DNA of 64,000 nucleotides from Trueperaceae bacterium (lineage in GTDB: Bacteria; Deinococcota; Deinococci; Deinococcales; Trueperaceae). The stretch spans positions 1,728,001-1,792,000 of the forward strand of contig CBDCDZ010000004.1 of the NCBI GenBank assembly GCA_965215565.1, read 5' to 3'. Below the pieces are notes generated by a model. That model was given only the letters and a program-made list of their open reading frames with translations. It did no database searches and had not been told where the DNA came from. Made by a program: the position numbers and the translations under genes. Below, in pieces: positions 8,726 to 18,394 of the stretch; the first letter of the stretch is position 1, and each line of letters starts with the position of its first letter.

Positions 8726-10705
8726 TCACGGTAGCGAGCGGAGCACCTGCGCGTTCTGCGCTGCACCCCGCCCGCGCTCCAGTAGGATACAGCAAGCCGC
8801 GTCGTAGTCGCGCACACCGTAGTCGCCCGCCTCGAGCAACGCGGCGAGTTGCTCTATCGTGTCCTCCCTCGAGCTAGGCCAGTAGTTCGCCCCCGGACGC
8901 AAGTCCATCAGCACCATGTCCACCTCTTTAGCGTGCGGAAGCATCTGCACGGTGTCCCTCGCCGAAAGGTGCGGCACGAACGTGCCCGTCGCCGCGACGC
9001 TCGCACGGGGCGGAATCCGCGCCAGCATCGCGTAGAGCTTCCCTTGGAAGGGCGTCGGCGCGTGGACGACGCTGCGCCTAGTCAAGAGCAGTTCGGCGGG
9101 CGGCAAAGCACCATACTGATAATTCATAAGCAGGCTCGAGGCAAAAAGCGCCGCTGCGAGCCCCACATGGTGGACGCGCGGCACCTTGCCGAGCCCCTTC
9201 GCCGCCAGAAAGAACACGAGCGGGATGACCACGGCGGGGTACTGATTGCCGATGTCGAACTGTCCCCGGAAGGAGGAGAGAAGCGCGGTGGCGAGCGCGG
9301 GTAGAATCACGAGCCACGCCCGCCCCGCCACGAGGGGCAAGAAGAGCACGGGGACGAAGAGGTAGCCCAGATACGCGAGCTTATGCGGATTGCCGAGGAT
9401 GTAAGTGAGCACGTAGAGCGGGTTCGTGAGCCCGGTCAAGGCGACGCCCACGAGCCCTTCGGAACCGGGCGCTACCACGTCCCCGAAGCGCCCTGCGATG
9501 AGGTTGTAGTCGCCGCTGCCGAAGTGAGGGATGAGCACCTCGACGATGACGAAAAAGGCGGCTGTACACACCGCCGTCACCGCGAACCCGAGCATGTAGC
9601 GCTTTTGAGCGAGAATATAGAGCCCGATGGCCGCGCCCGTCAAAGGGACATCCTCTTTGATGAGTAGCGAGAGAACGAGGAAGAGCCAGAAGAAAGGTAG
9701 GCGGTTCGTCTCGAGAAAGAGAAGCGTCAACAGTAAAAAGAGCGGCGCGAGCGCCACCTCGTGAAAGTGAAAGGTGTTGACGCCGTGCAGCGCGGCGAAG
9801 AGCAGGTAGCTCACGCTCAGCGTGAGCGCGAGCAGCGTGCGCCGCGTGAGGTGGAGCGTAAGGAGATAGAGGACGACTGCGCCCGAGCCGAGTAAGACGC
9901 TCTGCAACACGAGGAGCGTGCGGGCGTCTTGGTAGAGCGCATAAAAAGGCGTGAGCAAGTAGAGCGCGGGCGAGAAGTGGACGCTCCAAAAGCTCTCGGG
10001 CGGGTTGTGAACGACGGTAAAGAGCATCTCGCCTCGCTGCGCTGCGTAGTACATCACCTGGTCAAAGATGCCTAAGTCAAAGGCGTGGGTGTGAAAGGCG
10101 TTGTGACCAGACACGGTGAAGACGCTGAAGTAGACGCTGTACCCGAGGCTCGAGAGGGCGACGAGCGCGAGACCTCCGCGCCAGCGCCACTTAGCTTTAG
10201 GATAGACGTTGACCTCTTCGTCTACACCGCGCTCAGCACCACGCAACGTCTGAGCCGCTCGAGCCTCAACCCTCTTCCCTCTCGTCGCCTGAATCTCCCT
10301 GACGGCTAGGTAAAGAAGCCCGCTCGCACATAGGGTTAGGAAAAAGGTCAGAAAGCGGTGGGTATTCCCTAAGTTGGGCAGGAGGAGCGCGGGCAGCAGG
10401 ACTCCGGGGACGAGCAGCGAAAGCCAGGCGGCGACGTGTTGGGGTGCGTACTCAGCTTCTCTCGTTCTCATAAGCATGTGTGACGTTGCCAACCACAGGG
10501 CATAGGCGGAAGCGACACCGCCACCTAAATAACCCAGTAGTTCGCTACGTTCACCTAAAGGAAGCTGATTTTTCAGAATGAAAGGCGTAAGCTGCGCCCC
10601 GTGTAGCGCTGCCCACACTGCGAAACCAGCCGAAAATCCTGCTGCTAAAACGTAGATAAAGTAGCGCGGCGCAGTGCGCCCTAGCCTCCGTAAAACCATC
10701 TTCAT
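8726..10705 (-). CDS. DUF2079 family polytopic membrane protein (putative GT-C glycosyltransferase)
   Basis: AFDLGIFDQ, HFSPALYLL, FHFHEVALA, IKEDV motifs, many TM helices. Confidence 0.8.
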   Translation of the reverse strand: MKMVLRRLGRTAPRYFIYVLAAGFSAGFAVWAALHGAQLTPFILKNQLPLGERSELLGYLGGGVASAYALWLATSHMLMRTREAEYAPQHVAAWLSLLVPGVLLPALLLPNLGNTHRFLTFFLTLCASGLLYLAVREIQATRGKRVEARAAQTLRGAERGVDEEVNVYPKAKWRWRGGLALVALSSLGYSVYFSVFTVSGHNAFHTHAFDLGIFDQVMYYAAQRGEMLFTVVHNPPESFWSVHFSPALYLLTPFYALYQDARTLLVLQSVLLGSGAVVLYLLTLHLTRRTLLALTLSVSYLLFAALHGVNTFHFHEVALAPLFLLLTLLFLETNRLPFFWLFLVLSLLIKEDVPLTGAAIGLYILAQKRYMLGFAVTAVCTAAFFVIVEVLIPHFGSGDYNLIAGRFGDVVAPGSEGLVGVALTGLTNPLYVLTYILGNPHKLAYLGYLFVPVLFLPLVAGRAWLVILPALATALLSSFRGQFDIGNQYPAVVIPLVFFLAAKGLGKVPRVHHVGLAAALFASSLLMNYQYGALPPAELLLTRRSVVHAPTPFQGKLYAMLARIPPRASVAATGTFVPHLSARDTVQMLPHAKEVDMVLMDLRPGANYWPSSREDTIEQLAALLEAGDYGVRDYDAACCILLERGRGAAQNAQVLRSLP

Positions 10706-10746
10706 CCCCCCGGATTCGCCCCTTGAATTTACTTCATGTACCCTCT

Positions 10747-11691
10747 TTAGGCTTGCGACACCTGCTTAGGCTGCTCGAGACCCAAGAGCACCCCCGCCCC
10801 GATAATGACCGCGAACCAGAGCGTCGCCAAACGGCACAAAATCACCGCAGCGCCCGCGTCCGCTTGTTCGGTGCCGAGCGCTAACAGCAGGAGCACCATG
10901 ACCGCTTCGGTGCTGCCCAAGCCCCCCGGCAAAAAGGACAGCGCCCCTACCGTCACTCCGAGCGAGTAGATGCCGACGCCAGCGACGAAGGTGGCGGGCA
11001 ACCCCATCCACGCGAGGATGAGGTAGAACGCCACCCCTTCCGCGCCCCACGCGAGCAGACTGAGACCCAAACCGCCCCAGAGGTAGCGGGGGGTGAGGAG
11101 GCTTTGCGCGGCTTCCATCATGTCCAGCGCGTGACCTGCGGGGCGCGCCAGCTTGTCGGGCAAGCGTTTTACGAGTTTGTCGCGGAGGAAAACTCTTGCG
11201 GCGCGGCTCTGCAACACGAGGATGAGCAGCGCTACAGCCGCGACGCTCAGCACGATAAAAACGATGTACTTGCCGAAGAACCACCCGCCCAAAGACGACA
11301 AGAGGACAATCGCCGCGAGGTCCGAGAGCCGCTCGACGAAGAGCGCCGATAAACTTTGCGGATAGGGGACGCCGTGCCGCTTGAGGTACAGTGAGCGCAC
11401 CGCCTCGCCCGCTTTGCCGGGCGTCGTCGTGAAGGCGAAGCCAGCGAGATAGTAACGGAACGACGCGCCGCGGGGCACGTCATAACCCAGGCGCGACAAG
11501 TACAGTTGCCAGCGTACAAAGCGCAACGCGTAGTTCACGAGCGACAAGCCCAAAACGAGCACGACGCCGCCGACGCCGAGCTTGGAAATTGCCGCCACCG
11601 TCTCGTCCCAACCGTTCCAAATCGCGAAGCCTACGTACGCCAGCACCGCCAAGAGCGCCGTGTAGATGAGCGGCTTGATCTTGCCTTCCAT
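10747..11691 (-). CDS. Lysylphosphatidylglycerol-synthase TM domain / flippase-like protein (UPF0104)
   Basis: LRFVRWQLYL, TTTPGKAGEAVR, ERLSDL, LPGGLGSTE; start at ATG 11691. Confidence 0.85.
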   Translation of the reverse strand: MEGKIKPLIYTALLAVLAYVGFAIWNGWDETVAAISKLGVGGVVLVLGLSLVNYALRFVRWQLYLSRLGYDVPRGASFRYYLAGFAFTTTPGKAGEAVRSLYLKRHGVPYPQSLSALFVERLSDLAAIVLLSSLGGWFFGKYIVFIVLSVAAVALLILVLQSRAARVFLRDKLVKRLPDKLARPAGHALDMMEAAQSLLTPRYLWGGLGLSLLAWGAEGVAFYLILAWMGLPATFVAGVGIYSLGVTVGALSFLPGGLGSTEAVMVLLLLALGTEQADAGAAVILCRLATLWFAVIIGAGVLLGLEQPKQVSQA

Positions 11692-11710
11692 CAGCAGGGT
11701 CCCCTCGCCA

Positions 11711-12448
11711 TCAGAGCTTGAGCCGCTTGAAAAGAGGCTCGGGCACGGCGCGAATGAGCAGCATGACAGCGCGCCAGAAAGGGGGTAAGTACACGATCTC
11801 TCGTCCCTGCTCCACCGCTTTAACGATTCCCGCCGCCACCCTCTCCGGCTGCGCGAAGAGGGCATTTTTGTCGATGTCTTTAGTCATGGGCGTATCCACG
11901 AAACCCGGCTTGATGGTGATAACCGAAACGCCCGCCGGGTGGAGGCGGTTGCGGAGCCCTTGTAAGAAGAGGCTCACGCCGCCCTTCGCCGTCCCGTAGA
12001 GGTAGTTACTCTGCCTGCCTCTATCGCCCGCTACGGATGAGATGACCGCGATGAAACCGCCGCGCTGCGCTTCGAACTGGTTGGCGAGGGGCGTTAAGAG
12101 CGAGACGACGCTCAGGAAGTTGGTTTTGAGTTCCCTTTCGGCTACGGCGAACTCCGCTTCACACGCCTTTTGGTCAGGAAGCGTGCCGTGCGCGATGAGG
12201 ACGCCGTCTAGGCCGTCCAACGCCTCGTTCGCCTCCAGGATGAGAGGTTCGTGCCTCTCAAAGTCGTTCACGTCGAGTACGGCGCACGCCACTTTCGCCG
12301 CGCCGCGTACGCGCAGGTCTTGGGCGACGGCGTCCAACTTCGCTCCGTCACGCGCTACTAGAAAGAGGCTCTCCCCCGTTGCAGCAAACCTTTTAGAAAC
12401 CTCTTGCGCAATGGCAGACGTCGCGCCGACGACTAAAATACGCCTCAC
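11711..12448 (-). CDS. SDR oxidoreductase, DprE2-like
   Basis: GATSAIA, SSVAGDRGRQSNYLYGTAKGG, KPGFVDTPMT; GTG start overlaps the upstream stop. Confidence 0.85.
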   Translation of the reverse strand: MRRILVVGATSAIAQEVSKRFAATGESLFLVARDGAKLDAVAQDLRVRGAAKVACAVLDVNDFERHEPLILEANEALDGLDGVLIAHGTLPDQKACEAEFAVAERELKTNFLSVVSLLTPLANQFEAQRGGFIAVISSVAGDRGRQSNYLYGTAKGGVSLFLQGLRNRLHPAGVSVITIKPGFVDTPMTKDIDKNALFAQPERVAAGIVKAVEQGREIVYLPPFWRAVMLLIRAVPEPLFKRLKL

Positions 12449-13749
12449 GAGCCGACGCCTTCTTGCGTGACGCGCCGCCAAAAGCTCGAGGAAAACTGCG
12501 GGTCCACATATTGCGCAAACTCGCGCCACTGCGGATAGAAGCGCTGGAAGCTTTCCAGCGACATCCGCGCGTCCTTCGCCGGGTAGACGCGCCCGCCGCT
12601 CTCTGCGATGACCTCGTCGAGGTGCTCTAAAAGCGCCAACAACCTCTCTTGGTAGGGGAAGTCGAGCGCCAGCGTCACCCCTTGGCGCGGAAAGGACATC
12701 ATGCCGGGTGAGGGCAGCGAGCCAAACATTTTGAGCACCGCTAAAAATGAGCCCATGCCCGAGGCGGCGATCTCTTCAAAAATCCTGCGAATCACGCGCG
12801 TATCCCCGTCAAAGGGCAGGACGAACTGATACTGCAAGAAGCCGCGCTTACCGTAGATGCGGTTCCAGTTGCCGATGCTGTCGAGCGGGTAGAAGAAGGG
12901 CTCGTAGTGCTGCCTAGAGCGCACGACTTTCTGCCGCTGCTTGTGGTAGTAGAGCACGTTGAACGTCTTCATTGTCAGGTTGTTGAGGAGCACGTTGGGC
13001 GCGTCCATCGGCACGCTGAAAAGCTGCTTACCCTTCGTGGTCAACTCGCCCACTTCCGCGTGGTTGCCGCGCATCAAAAGACCGCGCCCGAGGCTATCCC
13101 CCTGCGCCAAGCAGTCCACCCACGCCACGGTGTAGTCAAACGCTTCGTCAGACTCGGCGGAGCGCTCAAAGAATTCGTCAAGGTTCGCAAACTTCACCGT
13201 CTCCACGTCGAAGAAGGCGTTTTTGACCCTTTTGAGCGCGACTTCGGCCCAGAGGATGAGCCCCGTTAAGCCGAGCCCGCCGATGGTGGCGCGAAACAGC
13301 TCAGCGTTCTCGTTTTCGGAACAGATCAAGCGCTGACCGTCCGAACGCAAAAGTTCAAAGCGCGTCACGTGCCGCCCGAACGTTCCGGCGCGGTGGTGGT
13401 TCTTGCCGTGAATGTCGTTCGCGATTGCGCCCGCCACAGAGACGTATTTCGTACCAGGACTGACGGGCAAAAACCAGCCTTGCGGCACGGCGAACTTCAA
13501 AATCTGCTCTAAGCTCACGCCCGCTTCGGCGCGTAAGATGCCCGTTTCCGCGTCGAAGGCGATGAAGCGGTCCAGCTTCGTCGTGTCGAGCAGGACGCCG
13601 CCGTCGTTCAAGCAGCTATCGCCGTAGCTCCTGCCGTGCCCGTAAGGGAGCACCGAGGTCTCGCCCGTCGGCAACGTTTCATCGCGCCAACTCATCTGCT
13701 GGATGGTTTCGTCGGTTTTCGGGTAGTTGCCCCAGGATTTATAAGCCAT
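12445..13749 (-). CDS. FAD-linked oxidase, DprE1-like
   Basis: GHGRSYGDS, PVSPGTKYVSVAGAIANDIHGKNHH, FFYPLD, YGKRGFLQYQ, YPAKDARMS. Confidence 0.88.
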   Translation of the reverse strand: MAYKSWGNYPKTDETIQQMSWRDETLPTGETSVLPYGHGRSYGDSCLNDGGVLLDTTKLDRFIAFDAETGILRAEAGVSLEQILKFAVPQGWFLPVSPGTKYVSVAGAIANDIHGKNHHRAGTFGRHVTRFELLRSDGQRLICSENENAELFRATIGGLGLTGLILWAEVALKRVKNAFFDVETVKFANLDEFFERSAESDEAFDYTVAWVDCLAQGDSLGRGLLMRGNHAEVGELTTKGKQLFSVPMDAPNVLLNNLTMKTFNVLYYHKQRQKVVRSRQHYEPFFYPLDSIGNWNRIYGKRGFLQYQFVLPFDGDTRVIRRIFEEIAASGMGSFLAVLKMFGSLPSPGMMSFPRQGVTLALDFPYQERLLALLEHLDEVIAESGGRVYPAKDARMSLESFQRFYPQWREFAQYVDPQFSSSFWRRVTQEGVGS

Positions 13750-13809
13750 TGAGTGTCTCCATCTTTTAGTTCTGAATGAGCATTGAGCGCTTAATTGACT
13801 GAGAGGCAG

Positions 13810-13875
13810 TTAGCTCTTAGCGTTTAGCTGTTAGCAAAAGCGTTTAAGCTAACCGCTAATGGCTAACGGCTAAAA
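13810..13875. repeat. Inverted heptamer tandem array (TTAGCNN)4...(GCTAANN)4
   Basis: TTAGCTC TTAGCGT TTAGCTG TTAGCAA, then GCTAACC GCTAATG GCTAACG GCTAAAA. Confidence 0.75.
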
Positions 13876-13916
13876 GCTTCCGAAAAGAGGGTGAAAACGA
13901 AACAAGATTGGTATCC

Positions 13917-15377
13917 TTAAAAGTTCCAACTCGCCGCCACTGCTACTAACGCGGCGCTTATCCCGACAGCGTAACTCACGCGGTCTTTGAGCGCAAAGAC
14001 TACCGGGTCATCGTGCATCTCGCCGCGGCGCGCCAAGAGCCAAACGCGGCTTATCCAGTAGAGCATCAAAGGGCAGATAAGCCATAGCGCACCGGGCACA
14101 GTGTAGAGCGTCATCACGGCGTCGCTGCTGATGTAGAGCGCCATGACGAGAACGGAGATGTAGCCGCTCGCCGCGCCCAAACTCGCTAGTTGTTCTAAGT
14201 CGCCGACCATGTAGCCTCGAGCCCGCGCCTTACTGTCACCCTGCGCGTGGAGCGCCCTGAGTTCCGAAAAACGCTTGACGAAGGCGAGGCTCAAAAAGAA
14301 GAACATCGAAAAGGCTAAGAGCCAGGGCGAAATGGTGATACCTGTCGCCGCCGCGCCGCCTACAATGCGCACCGTGTAGAGCCCCGCGAGCAAAATGACA
14401 TCTAAAAGCGCAACTTGCTTGATGTAGAACGAGTACGACACCGTGAGGACGAGGTAGCCGAGGAGGAGCAGGAAGAAGGTTGGCGGCAGAAAGAGGGCGA
14501 CAGCGAGCCCGGCGAGTAAAAAGAGAGGCGTCACCGCGAAACCCAGCTTGAGCGGCAGCGCGCCCGACGCAAAAGGCCGAAAGCGCTTGCGGTGATGCCG
14601 CCGGTCAGCCGCCAAGTCGAGCATATCGTTCGTGAGGTAGACCGACGAGGCGCAGAGCCCAAAGGCGACGAAAGCGAGCGTGGCTTGCCCGAGAAGCTGC
14701 ACGTTGAAAATCTGGTGTGCGGTTACGAGCGGCACGAAGAGTAGCGCGTTTTTAGCCCATTGGTGGAGGCGCGCCGCTTTGAGGACGAGCTGCCAGGTGG
14801 GTTTTCGGGGTTCTGCGAAGACGTGGCTGACTTGGGTGACCTCTCGAGCTTTGTCGGCGAGAGAACGGCTGGGGCTGACGACTATCCCTTCCGCCGCGCC
14901 GCGCCACACCTTGAGGTCAACCTCGGCGTTGCCTGCATAGGCGAACGTGCCGTACTTCTCTCTGAGAACGTCCAACTTGCCTCCGCCCGCCCGGTTCACG
15001 CCGCCATCGCTCGCCACGACTTCGCCAAAGAGCCCGATGTGCTCGGCAATCTGCGCCGCAACCTTTCGGTCTGCCGCCGTCGCTAAGACGAGCGTGCGTC
15101 CCCTAGCGCGCTCGTCTTGCAGATAGGCGATAAGCGGCTCGTCATAGGGCAAGCTCGCCGGGTCGATTTCGACACGCTTACTTACCTCTTGCTTGAGGTG
15201 CGCCTTGCCGCGCCGCAACCAGAAGGGCAGCATCAAGAGGTAGAGCGGGTTTTTCTTGAGCAGCAGCAGCAGCGTTTCTAAGAGCATGTCCGTGCGGACG
15301 AGCGTACCGTCTAAGTCGACGCAGAGCGGCGTACGCGCCACCTGAGCGCGTCTTTCTTGCGTTGTAGGTTGAATCAT
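13917..15377 (-). CDS. HAD-UbiA fusion, polyprenyl-phosphate phosphoribosyltransferase-like
   Basis: N-terminal VDLDGTL HAD motif; RLHQWAKNALLF, YLTNDMLDLAADRRH, RPFASG, MHDDPV. Confidence 0.88.
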   Translation of the reverse strand: MIQPTTQERRAQVARTPLCVDLDGTLVRTDMLLETLLLLLKKNPLYLLMLPFWLRRGKAHLKQEVSKRVEIDPASLPYDEPLIAYLQDERARGRTLVLATAADRKVAAQIAEHIGLFGEVVASDGGVNRAGGGKLDVLREKYGTFAYAGNAEVDLKVWRGAAEGIVVSPSRSLADKAREVTQVSHVFAEPRKPTWQLVLKAARLHQWAKNALLFVPLVTAHQIFNVQLLGQATLAFVAFGLCASSVYLTNDMLDLAADRRHHRKRFRPFASGALPLKLGFAVTPLFLLAGLAVALFLPPTFFLLLLGYLVLTVSYSFYIKQVALLDVILLAGLYTVRIVGGAAATGITISPWLLAFSMFFFLSLAFVKRFSELRALHAQGDSKARARGYMVGDLEQLASLGAASGYISVLVMALYISSDAVMTLYTVPGALWLICPLMLYWISRVWLLARRGEMHDDPVVFALKDRVSYAVGISAALVAVAASWNF

Positions 15378-15411
15378 TGAGCCCCCGGTGAAGTGAGTAA
15401 CGCGCGATTTC

Positions 15412-15685
15412 TAGCAGGTATCAAAGTCTGTCTCGCTAGTGCTCGGAGCTGGTTTGAGTGTACGAAGTTACTGTCGCGTGGTCCCGCTGTCGCACACGCT
15501 CCCGCTAGCCGCTAGGCGAAGCAACACTCTTACTACAACAAGCGGTGTTTAGCGCGCACATTATAAGATGATACCTTGTCGGTTATGGAATTTTCGCCTA
15601 GTGGGAGCGAAGCGACAAGGCGAAACTTCGTCCCTGCGGGCTTTCAGAAAGCGGACATTTGTCTCAGTATGTTTTGGAACTGCTA
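15412..15685 (+). mobile_element. MITE family A copy expanded to 274 bp by nested inserts
   Basis: TAGCAGGTATCA...GATGATACCT...GTCTCAGTATGTTTTGGAACTGCTA. Confidence 0.75.
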
Positions 15686-16253
15686 TTCGAAGCGCAGTGC
15701 GGAAGTGATACCCTATAGGGCGCATACCTAGCTCACTATAAAACGCTTAGATGAAGAGCAGCTTATGAAGTAGCTTACGACGTAGCCTCAGGAAATGAGG
15801 CGTGACGATCTACTGAAACCTCGTTCAAACCTCTCATCTATATCATTTTGTCATTTTATTCTAATTTTCGAGGATACAAGTGCGCTGCAAGAAGATTCAA
15901 AAAAGCTTGTGTAGCACGGTAAAACTAACGACTCTTCCAGCAGGGAGTGAGCGTTTATGAGAATTTGTTAACTGAAGCATTAAGACAAGCCTTATGTGTT
16001 TTCGGAGTGAGTGGAGTAATATACATACATGAGTCTCTGCGCTGCCCAGCGCCCTGACTCCTCCGATGCGGCGGTTTTTCTTACCGGGGAGGCCACCCTA
16101 ACGACTGCTTAAAGCCGCCGCGTCTACTTATCTGCTACTTCGCACTGTTTTTTAGCAGCAGATAACCGCTCGAGACCCTAGCGAATTACTCTCTTTGTCT
16201 CTTCGGGACCTCTCGAGCTTCCTCAACCTCTTCGGAGCGTCACTCAAGGAGCA

Positions 16254-17414
16254 CTACGCTCCTACTACGAGTGACGCTTCAAACGTTTCGGCTAGGTGCG
16301 GCGCATCCATTATTTCTGCAAGGGACTCCATGAGTTTGAGGTAGTGCACCGCCCGCGCGTTCTCCCCCATTAGACCTAGACGCCAAATCTTTCCTGCCGT
16401 TTCACCTAAACCACCTGTGACGCTGATGCGGTAGTCGTTGCGAAGTTGCAAGCGCACCGCCGCGTCATCTAGGTCTGCAGGCAAGTTCACAGCGAGCACC
16501 GTCGGTAAGCGGTGCGGCTCGGGGATATAGGCGGAAAAACCGACTGTTTCCAGGGCGCTCAGCACGGCTTCACCCAACCACTCCACCCGCGCCGCACGCG
16601 CCTCCGCGCCCTCTTCTAAAGCCGCACGCACCGCCTCGCCCGTCGCCCAGTGGAGTTGCACCGGGACCGTGTGGTGATACTTGCGTCCGCCCCGCTCCGC
16701 CGACGCCCAGTAGCCGAGCATCCCTACCACGTCGCTGTACCACGTCGTCACGGGCGTCTGGCGCGCGCGAATTACCTCTAACGCGCGCTCGCTGAACGCC
16801 ACGGGCGCGAGCCCTGGCGGAGCCGAGAGGCACTTCTGCGAGCCCGTATAGGCGTAGTCGATGCCCCAGTCCGACATGCTGAAGGGGAGCATCCCCACCG
16901 TCGTCACCGCGTCCACCGAATAGAGCGCGCCTACCTCACACGCGATTTCGCCGATCTCCGGCACCGGGTTCATCACCCCTGTGCTCGTCTCGCCGTGAAC
17001 GGCGGCGACAAGTTTAGGCTGGACGCGCCGCGCCGCCTCTCTTACCGCGTCCAAGTCGATAGGACAGCCAGGCGCAAAACGCACGGTCTCGACCTCTGCG
17101 CCCAAACGCGACGCCATCTCCACCATGCGCTCGCCGAAGACGCCGTTCGAGACGATGAGGACGCGGTCACGAGGCTCCAAGAGGTTCGCGAAGCCCGCCT
17201 CCATCCCGAGCGAGCCCGTCCCCGACAAGAGGCTCGTGAACCCTGCGCCGTTCGTGCCGTAGAGCGCGTGCAAATCCTCCACCACGCGGTCGTTGTAGGC
17301 GAAGACCTCCGGGTCCATGTGCCCGAGCATGGGCCAGCACAGCGCGGCGGCGGCGCGAGGGTGAATCGGAGTAGGACCGGGGGTGAGTAAGAGCACGGGC
17401 TGTGGGTGGTTCAT
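16254..17414 (-). CDS. Class V PLP aminotransferase (alanine/serine-glyoxylate type)
   Basis: [39 protein letters not shown]. Confidence 0.9.
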   Translation of the reverse strand: MNHPQPVLLLTPGPTPIHPRAAAALCWPMLGHMDPEVFAYNDRVVEDLHALYGTNGAGFTSLLSGTGSLGMEAGFANLLEPRDRVLIVSNGVFGERMVEMASRLGAEVETVRFAPGCPIDLDAVREAARRVQPKLVAAVHGETSTGVMNPVPEIGEIACEVGALYSVDAVTTVGMLPFSMSDWGIDYAYTGSQKCLSAPPGLAPVAFSERALEVIRARQTPVTTWYSDVVGMLGYWASAERGGRKYHHTVPVQLHWATGEAVRAALEEGAEARAARVEWLGEAVLSALETVGFSAYIPEPHRLPTVLAVNLPADLDDAAVRLQLRNDYRISVTGGLGETAGKIWRLGLMGENARAVHYLKLMESLAEIMDAPHLAETFEASLVVGA

Positions 17415-17449
17415 GGGTTTATCCTTTTCTGTCCCTCAAAAGGCACATC

Positions 17450-17600
17450 TCATACGGATTCCGATAACTACTACATAAACTCCTTCGGAGTTGATTCCGT
17501 CCCTTTCAGGGGTACTCCGTGAAAATTATCGGAACCCGTAGTCTTTTCAACTCGCTCTGCTCGGGTTAATTCCTTTAGGAATTAACCCGAAACGGTATCA
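17450..17600 (+). mobile_element. SRE-like MITE (family B)
   Basis: Starts ATACGGATTCCG, core CTCGCTCTGCTCGG, 14-bp hairpin TCGGGTTAATTCCT-TT-AGGAATTAACCCGA; inverted homologue at 36926-37059. Confidence 0.75.
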
Positions 17601-17602
17601 TT

Positions 17603-17636
17603 AAAAGAAAAGCGACCTCACCACTAAGGCGGGTCG
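17603..17636 (-). terminator. Intrinsic terminator / possible attenuator upstream of the aminotransferase
   Basis: Minus strand CGACCCGCC-TTAGT-GGTGAGGTCG followed by CTTTTCTTTT. Confidence 0.55.
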
Positions 17637-17709
17637 TTAGATTGCACGATGAGCCATAAAAGCGCATCGCAGGCTAGTTAGCTCGCTGGGTAGAGCCGTT
17701 CATGGGGAT

Positions 17710-17738
17710 AGTCTACACAACTGAGTAAGTTGTGTAAA
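17710..17738 (-). promoter_or_regulatory. Sigma70-like promoter overlapped by a palindromic operator
   Basis: Minus strand TTTACA-N17-TAGACT; perfect IR TACACAACT-N5-AGTTGTGTA at 17714-17736. Confidence 0.6.
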
Positions 17739-17755
17739 GTGGAATGGCTTACAGG

Positions 17756-18121
17756 TTAGGGAAGTGTGAAGGTTTCCGTGACGCTATTCACGTTGGCTGT
17801 GTAGGTGCCGCTCGAGAGTTTCCCATCAAGCACAACCTCTTCTGTAAAGGGCGGCGCTTCAGGCGTGCAGGTTTGATCCGCGGGCTCCGTTTCGGTGATG
17901 CTCACGAAAAACGTGTCTCCCTCGCGGCGCTGCTCGGTTTCGTGCAAGGTTGCGCAGCCGCTCGAGAGAAAGCCGTACACCGTGATCCGGACACTCGCAG
18001 GATTAGTTGACACAATCGCCACTTCTATACGCTCGACCGTCGCGTCTCGAACCGTTTGACCTTGCGTACAAGCGCCGAGAAGAGCACCTAAAAGAAGGAG
18101 TACCGTTATCTTTCGAATCAT
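17756..18121 (-). CDS. Lipoprotein, hypothetical
   Basis: MIRKITVLLLLGALLGAC lipobox; GGAGG RBS; two further Cys. Confidence 0.75.
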   Translation of the reverse strand: MIRKITVLLLLGALLGACTQGQTVRDATVERIEVAIVSTNPASVRITVYGFLSSGCATLHETEQRREGDTFFVSITETEPADQTCTPEAPPFTEEVVLDGKLSSGTYTANVNSVTETFTLP

Positions 18122-18158
18122 CTTTTCCTCCAGATCGTTACAGTAGACTTGCAAAAGT

Positions 18159-18269
18159 TAGCAGGTATCATCTGGTTTGAGACACCCTCACCGTTTAGGG
18201 TATCGTCTAGCACGCACGTTCTGAGATGATATCTGCGCTCATCCGTCTCAGTATGTCTTGGAACTGCTA
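18159..18269 (+). mobile_element. MITE family A copy (111 bp basic form)
   Basis: TAGCAGGTATCATCTGGTTTGA...GATGATATCTGCG...GGAACTGCTA. Confidence 0.8.
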
Positions 18270-18394
18270 AGCACTGTTCTATCTACTGAGAGCTTCTACT
18301 CATACTCGTTCCACTTGGCGAACGCGAAGGCCGGACATGCGTCCGCCTCCCACTCTCGCAAGAGGTCTAGTTTAGCAAGCTAGAGAGAACTTTA

